Source: Haliotis cracherodii (lineage: Eukaryota). From it: a DNA stretch of 64,000 bases. The translations under genes were made by a program, and so were the position numbers. The notes under the pieces are model-generated. The model saw nothing but the letters and a program-made list of their open reading frames with translations, had not been told where the DNA came from and searched no databases. The stretch is taken from the NCBI RefSeq assembly GCF_022045235.1, contig NW_027266297.1, forward strand, positions 43,648,001 to 43,712,000, read 5' to 3'. Within the stretch, counting starts at the first letter, position 1, and each line of letters begins with the position of its first letter. Positions 28,101 to 37,940 of the stretch are shown here, piece by piece.

Positions 28101-30822
28101 TATTACCAGGAACAGGGAGGGAAGGCTTTAGTACCAAGAACTGTACTGGCATTGGGTGGGAAGGCTTTAGTACCAAGAGCAATACTGGCACAGGGAGGGA
28201 AGGCTTTAGTACCAGAAACAATACTGCCGTAGGGAGGGAAGGATTTAGTACCAGGAATAATACTGGGATAGGGAGTGAAGGCTTTAGAAACAGGAACAAT
28301 ACTAACATAGGGAGGGAATGATTTACTACCAGGAATAATACTGGCATAGGGAGGGAAGGCTTTGGAAACAGGAACGGTACTGGCATAGGGAGGGAAGGCC
28401 TCAGTACCAGGAACAAAACTTGCACAGGGAGGGAAGGCTTCAGAAACAGGACCAGTACTACCATTGGGAGGGAAGGCTTTAGAAACAGGAACAATACTGG
28501 CATTGGGAGGGAAGGCTTTAGAAACAGGAACAATACTGGCATAGGGAAGGAAGGATTTAGTACCAGGAACAATACTGGCACAGGGAGGGAAGGCTTTAGT
28601 ACCAGAAACAATACTGCCATAGGGAGGGAAGGATTTAGTACCAGGAATAATACTGGGATAGGGAGGTAAGTATTTAGTACCAGGAACATTACTGACATAG
28701 GGAGGGAAGGCTTCAGAAACAGGACCAGTACTACCATTGGGAGGGAAGGCTTTAGAAACAGGAACAATACTGGCATTGGGAGGGAAGGCTTTAGAAACAG
28801 GAACAATACTGGCATAGGGAAGGAAGGATTTAGTACCAGGAACAATACTGGCACAGGGAGGGAAGGCTTTAGTACCAGAAACAATACTGCCATAGGGAGG
28901 GAAGGATTTAGTACCAGGAATAATACTGGGATAGGGAGGTAAGTATTTAGTACCAGGAACATTACTGACATAGGGAGGGAAGGCTTTAGAAACAGTAACT
29001 GTACTGGCATAGGGAGGGAAGGCTTTAGTACCAGGAACAGTACTGTAAGTACAATGCCAGTGATGAAGAAATGCTGTGAATACAGTGAACACCAGAAACA
29101 ATTCTTGAGTGCAGGGCACAAGTTTATTATTACCAAGAACATGACTAGATCGAGAACAGTAGTTGAGTTTGCATGAAACAGCTGGGACAAGATGGAGAAG
29201 ACTATTGGTAATGATGGAGCCTGTCTTACTTACAGATCAAGTTGATAGAAGGAGCATCCATATTTGTGCGAGTCAGTGACGGAAGACGAGAGGATGAGCT
29301 GATCACTGATATCCCCACAAACAAACTGGTCAGTTGATGGTAGAATATGATACACTCTCAGAATAAGTTTATTATATACAAATTGCAGTATGGTTCAATC
29401 TGCTTTGACAAGGCAACCAGACATTGTACCTTTTTTTAATTAAATCATATCTGAGGACATTTCTGGTCCAAGCTGAATCTTGAGATATGTTTAAATCAAA
29501 GTCACCTTTGAGCCTTTTAGTTTATGCTAATTTGAATTCCATGTATTGATTTTCTGAATATTTGGTATCTTATATTTACTACTCACCTTTCAATAGAGAT
29601 ACACACTTATTCATTCTATGTATATATATTCATGTAATAAGAAATCGGTTTGGTGTAGCCTGGAAAAGTTTTTAGGCCAAATGATTTGTATCAAAGGTTG
29701 AGTAGTATTTTCTAGTGAGGTTTGAGAAGTTAATTCTAGCTGAGACAGGAACAAGTAGAAGTTTGCTTCGAATACTATCATAAATATATGTGACGTCACT
29801 CCAGGTTGAGATCAACATGGACTACATCCCGAACGGTGTGAAGGAGCAGTACTCCCGAGAGAGGCCTGGCCGGCCGACGGCCACGCTGGTACCCACTGGG
29901 AAAAGCCCGGAGCAGTTTATAGAGGGCCTCAGCACCAAGTTCAAGAGTGTAAGGATAGGTTTCATCATGTCAACTTGCAGAAAAAGAGCTGTTTAATATA
30001 ATGAAAACACATTACGTTATGATCAAACAAAATTATCATTTACTAGCAAAGAAATACTAACTGTTGGTAAATGGTAGATCACATTTGTGTATTGCTTGCA
30101 TCACTAATTTACTGTTTTAAGCAGTATCCCCCTTTGTTACAAGGTTTCCATATTATACTGATTGTTTTTTATTATTTTTCTGGTTAATTTTAAAAGATGA
30201 GGCAAGTGAAATGGTGTTTAACATCATGTTCAAGATTATTGCACTTATTAAACGACGTGCATGTGTTTGTGTGGCTGCTTGTACTAGTTGAACTGATGCC
30301 GAGTGCTTGCCCAATATATTATAGTGCCTGCCCACTGAGATACCATGCAGCAGTTTAACATGGATGCCCACCTCATACACAGTACTCAGACTGTCTCCGA
30401 ACCAACCAGTCCTTGTTTAGCTCCTAATATAATTTTGAGCGCCAAGCAGGGTAACAACAAGTACCTTCTTTTAACATCTTTTTGTATGGTTCGGCCAGGG
30501 AACCAACCACTGACATTCTGTTCTCTGGTCAGGTGCTATTTCCTCTAGACCATGGAGGCAGTCAGGGACACCCATATAAGATTCAAACTATGTGTGTTCT
30601 TTGGCAACCAGAATTAGAATTCTTTGTGGTATAACGAAAGGCAACATTCTCTGTTTCACAACAGTATAGTTTTGCAAGAGTCGTTATTGCCCCAGAACCC
30701 ATCAGGGTCTTCTTAGTGTTAACTGTGACCAGAATTACTGCCACGTCATCACACAAATATGATATTGTTTGTTACAGTTGGTGTACAAACTGTATGAAGA
30801 AGGAAACATCTCCAAGAACTAG
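9934..30822 (+). CDS. CCDC17: CCDC17-family protein with a long C-terminal extension (four predicted C2-like modules); 20 coding exons, 5'-incomplete, about 978 aa in window
   Basis: Exons 9934-10140, 10923-11142, 12080-12190, 13086-13189, 14303-14450, 15788-16067, 16772-17022, 18045-18164, 18549-18704, 22039-22155, 23013-23186, 23635-23868, 24503-24589, 25008-25094, 26498-26593, 27279-27386, 27904-28059, 29236-29328, 29805-29948, 30778-30822. All are AG/GT-bounded and phase-compatible, giving one open frame to TAG at 30820-30822. AGFVIFYDFL...RQPVPR...VELQ...RAW..PLFD...GRFKIPFR...AELFYRIV matches my recollection of the conserved CCDC17 C-terminal region. Symbol is family-level. Confidence 0.85.
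10062..10290 (+). repeat. 99-bp tandem duplication of exon A 3' end plus donor site (about 2.3 copies)
   Basis: gacatcagcaatgctgtgattggtgccagacagcctgttccaag|gtgagtttata repeated, donors at 10141 and 10240. Confidence 0.9.
10528..10952 (+). repeat. 84-bp minisatellite, 5 copies, spanning the exon B acceptor
   Basis: Acceptor AG ends at 10586, 10670, 10754, 10838, 10922 (exact 84-bp period). Confidence 0.97.
10923..11142 (+). CDS. CCDC17: CCDC17-like exon B (CPPQQDLGIVVELQ...NTVPP)
   Basis: Last of five repeated ctacag acceptors and the only one giving an open frame; gtaagt donor. Confidence 0.85.
12080..12190 (+). CDS. CCDC17: CCDC17-like exon C (YADAELFYRIVHMRD...)
   Basis: ttttcag / gtagac, 111 nt, phase 0-0. 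Confidence 0.85.
13086..13189 (+). CDS. exon D, proline-rich linker (GGMILHQLPVSPHQIPPPPSASPPLTPNYHSPRR)
   Basis: tttgcag / gtaggg; its phase 0-2 is required to join exon C to exon E. Confidence 0.75.
13669..14093. mobile_element. hAT-type MITE (partial second copy at about 53350-53540)
   Basis: TIR tagggctggg / cctagcccta, 8-bp TSD ctataata / ctatatta, multiple subterminal ACCCG/CGGGT motifs. Confidence 0.85.
14303..14450 (+). CDS. exon E (...LGFQVDRIK...YYKSTGK)
   Basis: cttgcag(cag) NAGNAG acceptor / gtcagt donor. Confidence 0.8.
14689..14950 (-). mobile_element. tRNA-derived SINE family A
   Basis: A box (GGTGGCCCAGT..TCTAAGG), B box (GGGTTCGAATCCC), (CTCA)n tail. Confidence 0.85.
15788..16067 (+). 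CDS. exon F (VVQSS...IAWTAIPLVISHIR)
   Basis: catccag / gtgagg, 280 nt, phase 0-1. Confidence 0.85.
16772..17022 (+). CDS. exon G (LSSRERR...GTHTLKLFAPP...EDNLPE)
   Basis: attccag / gtagga, phase 1-0. Confidence 0.85.
18045..18164 (+). CDS. exon H (YAWLPY...GFDVYIDGCRYLPDSVTFSK)
   Basis: tccccag / gtagga, 120 nt. Confidence 0.85.
18549..18704 (+). CDS. exon I (VAGRILDRR...STLLLK)
   Basis: ttcccag / gtaaca, 156 nt. Confidence 0.85.
19240..20299 (-). mobile_element. Second copy of the solo-LTR-like element
   Basis: Colinear with 57224-58497, same cggccaca end, minus-strand AATAAA near 19301; TSD not evident. Confidence 0.72.
20802..20865 (+). pseudogene. tRNA-Arg(UCG)-like fragment (pseudogene or SINE head)
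   Basis: ggcg-tccga-cctcgga-tcaga-aggtccgtggttcaaatccc resembles anticodon and T arms; acceptor stem and D arm do not pair. Confidence 0.5.
21647..21945 (+). mobile_element. mariner transposon 3' remnant (transposase pseudogene fragment plus right end)
   Basis: Translates LNHPPYSPDLAPSDYFLFRQMKSALRGRCFQDDEDIKAATEAWLE...FYKSGIKSL*YKWKKFIEVNGDHIEK*; YSPDLAP(S)D is the mariner signature; ends ...gaatgcccctcgTA. Confidence 0.92.
22039..22155 (+). CDS. exon J (IYTMDKFYKKLTVVGYATLNLF...GLQ)
   Basis: gttccag / gtagga, 117 nt. Confidence 0.85.
22178..22290. mobile_element. Small palindromic MITE, about 110 bp (relatives at about 32620-32717 and 56168-56275)
   Basis: cttagcgctaag...actcccatac.ttaacatag core shared by three loci. 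Confidence 0.6.
22665..22949 (+). mobile_element. SINE family A with 14-bp TSD
   Basis: TSD tcaccaatccattc at 22651-22664 and 22950-22963. Confidence 0.88.
23013..23186 (+). CDS. exon K (VSLNTGAHQLRVY...KPLE)
   Basis: gctgcag / gtaagg, 174 nt. Confidence 0.85.
23635..23868 (+). CDS. exon L (CSKVPQADWLRLG...MEQYIR)
   Basis: gttgcag / gtgagg, 234 nt. Confidence 0.85.
23883..24390. repeat. 32/30-bp minisatellite, about 16 copies
   Basis: GGTGAACTAACAGAGCACTGTTGGGTACGCAC; starts about 14 bp after the exon L donor. Confidence 0.95.
24503..24589 (+). CDS. exon M (NQLTK...YSPKHGVK)
   Basis: gttacag / gtacag, 87 nt. Confidence 0.8.
25008..25094 (+). CDS. exon N (VALDSAVNLPW...NPPGAFYL)
   Basis: tgtacag / gtgagt, 87 nt. 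Confidence 0.85.
25367..25535 (+). mobile_element. Short tRNA-derived SINE family B (further copies at about 9148-9275, 15053-15165, 16511-16677)
   Basis: AGCCTAGTGGTTAAAGCG A box, GGTTTGATTCCC B box, tail shared with family A. Confidence 0.8.
25781..26250 (+). mobile_element. tRNA-derived SINE family D, Meta/MESC-like central domain (further copies at about 11240-11550, 15483-15722, 21295-21570, 30210-30560, 35779-36125)
   Basis: CTAGTGGTAGAGCG A box; central ataccaaaagatgttaaaagatgatacttg...cctgcctggcgctc; tail aaccccatttcacctcacc in other copies. Domain name is from recall. Confidence 0.72.
26498..26593 (+). CDS. exon O (GTPHATYDK...SPAWRDGFK)
   Basis: gttacag / gtcagt, 96 nt. Confidence 0.85.
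27279..27386 (+). CDS. exon P (HFPRRSYHRF...GLLEQ)
   Basis: tattcag / gtcagt, 108 nt. Confidence 0.85.
27428..27664. mobile_element. hAT-type MITE
   Basis: TIR cagtgttcgaa / ttcaaacactg, perfect 8-bp TSD tttaggaa at 27420-27427 and 27665-27672. Confidence 0.88.
27904..28059 (+). CDS. exon Q (AWTAVQMF...FQLPLFAGSP...NIRNNT)
   Basis: gttatag / gtgagt, 156 nt. Confidence 0.85.
28045..29052. repeat. 39-bp minisatellite, about 25 copies, with a 273-bp higher-order duplication
   Basis: AGTACCAGGAACAATACTGGCATAGGGAGGGAAGGCTTT; the variant gcttcagaaacaggaccagtactacc recurs 273 bp apart. Confidence 0.96.
29236..29328 (+). CDS. exon R (IKLIEGASIFVRVSDGRR...)
   Basis: cttacag / gtcagt, 93 nt. Confidence 0.85.
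29805..29948 (+). CDS. exon S (VEINMDYIP...KFKS)
   Basis: actccag / gtaagg, 144 nt. Confidence 0.8.
30778..30822 (+). CDS. terminal coding exon (LVYKLYEEGNISKN*)
   Basis: gttacag acceptor, in-frame TAG. Confidence 0.7.
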   Translation: MVYKLYEEGNISKN

Positions 30823-33800
30823 ACATCAGAGGATGGTGTAGACTAGAAGACTAGATCTAGCAACAGCTGCCTTCACGGGTAGTCCAGTAGCACAGATGTA
30901 ACCAAGATGCTCAATCAAAACTGCCTCCGAATCCCAGAGTGGCCAGACAACCAGTGTACAGAGGGATAAGTATTCGCATGATGTTGCATACAACCAAATC
31001 ATTGATCAGATTACTTCCACAGTCAGAGGCTTGACAAATCAGGACAAAAGCTTGACCGCAAAGGCTTGACAAATCTTGACAAGATCTTACCACAATGTCA
31101 TCCTGGGCATACTTGAACCATGGCATATGCTAATGGTCAGTTTTTGTTTGTCATGCAGACAGCTTGGTTTTGTTCCTCAGGAACAGTTTGTGAAGCCTCT
31201 TATGTCCTCATCCCATGCAGACATAGTATGGAAGTAAAATGATGGTTAGCAACCTCTCGCAAGATCAGTCTCAAGTTATGCTGATCATTAAAGGTCTTAA
31301 AATGTGATGCTGTTCAACAATATGGATGCTGAAAGAAGATGCTGATTGAACAGAAGCCACATGTTTCCATGGAAACAGTTGTTCCTTGATAACCATGGTG
31401 TATGATGTAGAAGGTGTAGAGACTGTGACACACCTACTGGTTGTAGGTATGGTGATTATTGTGTTCCGTCCAGGTGTTCTCAGGTTCAAGTCTTGCCACC
31501 ACAGACTTTAGTGGGAAAGAGGAATCAAAGTGATTTATACACGACTGTGCAATGGGGAAAAGTTGGAGTCTCTCAAGATCTGAAGCTGCCGTACAAGATT
31601 TGAAATCTCCGCTTTGAACTGACAGTATTATGAAGTCTTCCAGTCAACTGTGTTTTTTGCAGAATTTGGTGCTCTGAGGGGTTGATGCTGCCAAATTTTA
31701 AACCTCTCACAGCATTAGAATTCAAGACAATTTTAAACCGATTTTGTTGTTTTCTTGATTCTGAACCTTATTTGACAAACATTTACCTGTGTGTGTGTTT
31801 TTGTTTGTGTGGGACCAGTGGCATTGGGATATTTACTGGTGACAAGAGATCTATTCCATCTACAGATGATGTGGGAAGTGTGACAACACCGTTATAAGAC
31901 ATCAATAGATGCTGTTACATCAACATCTGTAACTGTTGTTACACATGAAGACCTACAACATTAGTTTCAGATGGTACAGATGACACAGATGACCTTCAAA
32001 TTAAGATACGGAGCAGAGAGCTAAATGGTCATCTATAATGACATAGGGTGAAAATTCAACCCAAATATTGTTTGCTCTTTTGGTTTGTTAAATATTTATT
32101 TTTATTTATTTATTTTTAAACAACTGTCTATATAAAGAAACAGCTGTATATATAACTACATGATCTATCATGTCATGAGGACATTTATGTTATACCAGCC
32201 ACCAAATGGTGATAACATTTGTTAATATTTACAGTTTATCTTTAATCTGTAGGCTTACATGAGAAATCAGGCAACATGTATATTGGAGGTGTAAAATATA
32301 TTAACAGTATTCCATGAACAGGAATCTATGATTATTAAGAGATCAACAACAAAAATATGAAATAGATTGCAGATCGCACCCTTGATTTGAACCAAGAATA
32401 AGTCTAAAATCTAACATTAGACGATTTAGGATCATGTTGCCCCTGGAAAAATAGTGCATTCCTCTTAGAATTCTCTCTCTCTACCATGTCCTGTCTTAGA
32501 TCTGTGTCTTACATATAGGTATCGTACTAAGTTCGCCGATCTAAGTTCTCCTTCCTGACCAAATACAACTGGAAGAGAACTTGAGTAAAACTTTATATGT
32601 TAGTTGCTTTATTGCCAGTTCCAGGGCCCTGCTCCACAAAGGGATTTTAGCGCTAAGTTGATCATAACTCCCATACTTTAACATAGCTAAGATTGTGTTA
32701 AGGAAGGGGACCCAGGTTTTTAGATGATACTTTCAGTCCTTTAGCATACTTTGGGTTTTTTCTGAAGTAGTTTGTGTCATGCTTTGTTAGTGTTAGAGGC
32801 CAGGTAATTGGTAGATCATGTGAATGACCACTGACATTGTGGTACGGTCTAACAAAGTGATGCAGGCTATAGTGAGACATGTTTGCTTATACACTGTACA
32901 TTATAGAGAATGTTGAATCTGAGGAGACAGAATGCCCCCTCATGGTACTGTCCAATGCAAATAGGTTCTTGTCTGCTCACACTCATCTTTGTATTTGTAC
33001 AAAATATGTTATTTCAGTAAGTTATCCATATTTGCCATATTAAGCACCGTTCTCCCCTTGCCCAAATTTAGACCAATCTGTAAGTTATCTTTATAAGCAC
33101 CCACTACAAAGCCCTAAAATATGACAGTCCATATTTTCAGGCGTATATATAAGATGTGTTACAGAAAATGCAGCAGCACAGGAGTACATCATTGACTTGT
33201 AGCTGTTATCAAAAAGGTTTCATCAACGTTTGAACTTAGTTTGTTGTGAAAACAGATTTAACTCTTTGTGTAAGGTACCGGTAGTCATTTTTAGAGCCCA
33301 GGGCACTTATTACAGTGAATATGGTATGTCATATGTTTGACATTTACTTTCTGTCTGTCTAATGTTTATGCATTTGTTATTTTCTATGTGGAATATATAT
33401 ATTCAAGTAATCTGTGATGTACAACCTTCCCAAACTAATCAATTTAAAAATTATTGTATTTTATATATGTATAAACAGATTTTATTGTTATTTGAAAAGA
33501 TATCCAAATGCAATGTTGATAAATATTTTATGGTTAATTATTATATATTATGAAATGATTTAACAGATTGTTTCTAGTGCTTAGAAAAAAGTTTATTCTG
33601 AAAATCACCAAGATGCATTCCTGTTTGTTCAATTATTGTTTTTCATGTATACTTTCCATGTAGTCAATAAACTGATCTGAACTTGGCACCCTACCATGGA
33701 GCCTAGGCCTGTACCATGTACTGCTGCTAAACAGCTTCAGATTAATATGCATGAACATCACACTGTGGAACACTAGCGCTATACATGCAACAAGAATGGT

Positions 33801-34450
33801 GGCGTGTGAGGTGGTATGCATGTAGTTTATGCTGTGTGTGTATTCATCAGTGTGCCATGTCCACACATGCACTGTAGTTGTTCATGTCACAGATTTGTTT
33901 GTCCCTCAGAAATCATTTCTGGAAGTAATAGAAATGTCAGACCCTAAACCAGGTCGACGTTCCACCCATGGTGTTGTTACTAAATGCACAGGTTACCAGA
34001 TTTTCGTTTATTAAATTTTCTGGTTTAACTTGAAAGATGTAGCAGCCCCATCTCCACCTCGACCTGAATACTCCGAATCCTTCCCACCAGAAACATGTAT
34101 GTATCATGTTCCCCTCAGGTGACAGCCGACCTCGACAATATCTCGCAACAAATTCCAATAATAAAAACATAAGTTATCTTGTACACGAGCCTACTTCACG
34201 TTGAGTGATCTTCATTTTTGTATTTGTCAATCCAACATTTTCTTAAATTCAAACCACATTACGACCTCGACCTTATTTGAAGGTCACCCAAAATTTCATA
34301 CAAGATAGAGACATAAAAAGATCATTTAGCTGTTTTGTCAAAATTCCAATAAAAAAACTCAAGTTACTGTGTACACAAACTTACGTCTCCATACCATACT
34401 GACAGTATTTTCTGAATGAAACTATTTGCAAGTCAGTTCATTAATGAATT

Positions 34451-34727
34451 AGGGGGCACGGGTGGCCCAGTCGTCTGAGGTGCCGCAATTCGCTGTGCAG
34501 AGTTGCGTCCCTTAGGCACGCCAGAAACCTATGATTGTGGGTTCAAATCCCGGTTCGCCTCGATTATGTTTCTAGGTTTGTCAGCACCATACCCGTGCTC
34601 GTGGGTTTCACCGAAGTGGTAAACATCCGAGACCTGCATCACTTCGGGCTTTCCTCCCACATTAAGCTGACACGCCGTGATATAACTGGAATACTGTTAA
34701 AAGCGGCGTTAAACCAAACTCACTCAC
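34451..34727 (+). mobile_element. SINE family A with TSD
   Basis: TSD tcattaatgaat on both sides. Confidence 0.88.
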
Positions 34728-36267
34728 TCATTAATGAATGAACTTCTAAATGATGTGGCTGCTTAAATGATTCCTTGTCTCTGCTGTTTGGTCAGACCAA
34801 TTTATTTTCCCATTTTTCCAAAACGCAATAACTGTTGCAAAAGTAAAAACTATTGATCAAAAATGATGTTTGGTTAAAAACATGCTTTCATTAAACATGT
34901 CTGTGTTCAATCAAGCTGACACTACTTTGTTTAATGGATCTCCATGTAACATGTAAATCCTATCATCATGTTATGATCAGTTGAGACATCTGGGTTAGAT
35001 CTAATTGATGCTTTTTTCAATAAAAGTTAATTGGTGTTGGTTATGGTTAAGCTGAATCCAGGAATAATACATCAACAGGAGCCTCTCAAATCCCTTTCTG
35101 TCTAGTTTATCAGAATCAGGCCTTAAAAGGTTTTGTGGAAGCTCAGTGTTATTTTACCTTTCTGCCGCTTAATTACTGCTGTCAATAGCTGCATAAAGCT
35201 GCGGGTGAAGTGTTAATCAATACTTGAGTCTCTGGTGGCTTACGTCCTTGTATCACGGCATGGCTGTACAGCCTGGTTACTGGCGCTGTAGACGTTCTGT
35301 GACACAAGCTGTATTTCATCATCATGGGGAAGGATTCAAGATATAATTTACTAAACTAACCCTGAGGGGAACAGAACAACGGAAACCTGTTGCTTGGCCA
35401 AAGATCAAGTTGAGTTCAACTTTGATTGTCATCATATGGCTTATTGCTCTGGGGTAGAATAGGTCTTCAGCATCCCGTGCTTGCTGTAAAAGGTTACTAT
35501 GCTTGTCGTGGCAACTAACAAGGCTTGCTGACTTGGTTGATACATGTCACCGATCTCAATTGTGTGTGATGTCAATCACTGGATTGTCTGGTCCAAACTC
35601 AGTTATTTACAGACTGCCTTCATATAGCTGGAGTATTGCTGAGTGCGGCATTAAACAAGAAACAAACAATGGTTGGCTGGCTCGTTATTACAGTCTACCA
35701 TGACGTAAGCATTCCCTCACTCACTCAGTAGCAAACGATGATACTGCTACCACTAGCATAATTGCCATTCCCTTACACAGGTGAGGTGAAATGGGGTTTC
35801 ACATCACATTCAAAATTATTGCACTTATAGAGATATAAGTGAGAGTGGGTGTATGTGTGGCTGTTTTTACTAGCCTGTACTAATGCCAGTTTTATAGTGA
35901 TACCCACTGAGATACCATGCCACAGTTTATCATGGATACTCCTCTCAGACACAGTGTACAGACTCCGATCCGACCAGCCCTCGTCTTATCTCCTTAATGC
36001 TGAGTGCCAGGCACGGTAACAAAAAGTATCATCTCTTAATGTCTTTTGATATGATGCAGTAGGGGTCAAAACCACTGACCTTCCACTCTCCAGGCAGATA
36101 CTCTGTCCACAACACCTTGGAAGTGGTTCTTTGCCAAAATTACTTTGCGTAAGGGAGACCAGGTATGTCTGAGCATAATATAAGTTGTAGCAGGTTCACG
36201 ACGGGTACATGGGATTTTATGTGTCCTGCATTAGGTTTTATACCACAAGCATATATAAAAGATAGGC

Positions 36268-36830
36268 ACTAGAGGCACTAGGGGCACCTTGTCATCAGAA
36301 AAAATATCATAAAATGTGAAATTAATACAGAAAAAAATAATAAAATGTGAAATTAATACACACAAAAGGCTCCTTCTCTAGAGAGAAAAAAAAATATGGC
36401 ACCAATTGTTGAACTCTGCTTGTGAAAGCTTAACTTAGATAAGCAAACTTCAGTAGTTTCTTAGAAAACATGTCCCCACTGCAGAAACTATGCACTTTGC
36501 AAAATAACATTGATCAAGGGCTATAACGGTGTATGCTCAAAATCTAAAAACATGTTGCAAGGGAAGTAACATCGAGAAAAAATCATTTACGGGACCAATT
36601 CTCAAACTCAATCTTGACAAACATCTCAGATAAGCTTAACTAAAAAAAATAATTTACAGTTCCAATTTTTTAACTCATTTATGATCATGACTAATAGCAG
36701 TGTGTAAAACCTTTTTTCTCAAACTTTGAGAAAATCTGTTCCCTTTGAGAAGCAGACGATGGACGGATGGACAGACAGACAAATTCCGTTTCTATATCCT
36801 CAGTCCCACTTCAAGGGGTGGGATAAAAAT
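36268..36830 (+). mobile_element. Helentron/HINE-like non-autonomous element (relative at about 41600-42050)
   Basis: Shared body between the two copies, (GGAC/AGAC)n microsatellite then 3' stem-loop cccacttcaaggggtggg before an A run. Confidence 0.5.
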
Positions 36831-37219
36831 AGACTTAGAATACCAGTAATTCCAGACAAAACATAACTTACTGTTCTACAATATCAATCAGAGATTTATT
36901 GTCATCATTATGAGATAACAAATAAACATGATATATAAAATAAATAAATGACATTTCACGCAATCAAAGTGCATGGTTTGACACAAAAACCTGTCTGTAC
37001 CCAATAGTGAATAGCAATAACCACTGATAACAATTGCACTGATGATTAGTTGTTAACTGTACAACAAAAAGTTGTTTGAGAAAATGAAGGCATGTAGCTC
37101 ACCTTCAAAAAATATTTTGTTACATTGTGTCTCGGTAAAATGTTAATATGTTTTATGATTTCCCAATATTGATTTCCGTTATTCATAACATTTTCCTTCT
37201 ACTTGAAACACATGCAAGT

Positions 37220-37483
37220 GTGAGTAAGTGGGTTTAACGCCGCTTTAACAGTATTCACGTTACGTCATGGCGTGTCAGCTTAATGTGGGAGGAAGTGATG
37301 CAGGTCTCAGACGTTTACCACTTCGGTGAAACCCATGAGCAAGGGTATGGTGCTGACAAACCTAGAAACATAATCTGGTGAACCGGGATTCGAACCCACA
37401 ATTATAGGTTTCTGGTGTGTCCAAGGGACGCAACTCTTCACAGCAAATTGCGGCACCTTTGACGACTGGGCCATCTGTGTCCC
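37220..37483 (-). mobile_element. SINE family A
   Basis: Same consensus; flanked by catgcaagt on both sides. Confidence 0.85.
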
Positions 37484-37940
37484 CATGCAAGTAAGAAGCC
37501 ATATTGATTAATTTTAAAAATGGAGGCCATGGCAGCCATCTTGAAGTTTCAGCTTCATGTTTACAGTCAATGCACTGCCATGAGATTAGTGGAAAAACAA
37601 CCACTGTGTAGCTCTAACCAATATCTACAGCTTCACGGAAGGATAAATCACAAAACTATATTTCTTGATATCCAGCATCAGGAATCAGTTGTATCAATTC
37701 AACTATCAAGCTGATAGAGAGAGAAATAATTATTCCAGTACAGCACTAGTTGCATGAAAGCAGATGCCCAGAAAAACGGGAAGTTATTAAAACAAAGTTG
37801 TCAATATACCATGACAGACGCTCACTTAGACCTTGGATCCTGGTGAGCTAAAACATGAAAACAAACTGAATTGTAACAACTATCATCCTTCAAACTTAAA
37901 AACATACAAGTCTTTGAATGGCATTTAGAAGTGATACACA

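Noticed and set aside
27979-29190. 403-aa and 338-aa minus-strand ORFs
   Set aside because: They are translations of the 39-bp (13-codon) minisatellite, antisense within an intron; a unit length divisible by 3 explains the open frames.
31270-31900. Coding-looking Ser/Thr-rich stretches on the minus strand
   Set aside because: Frames are interrupted by stops and show no recognisable motif; more likely 3' UTR of the + strand gene or old repeat debris.
34451-34560. SINE heads as tRNA genes
   Set aside because: A and B boxes are present, but each continues into a shared body and tail flanked by TSDs.
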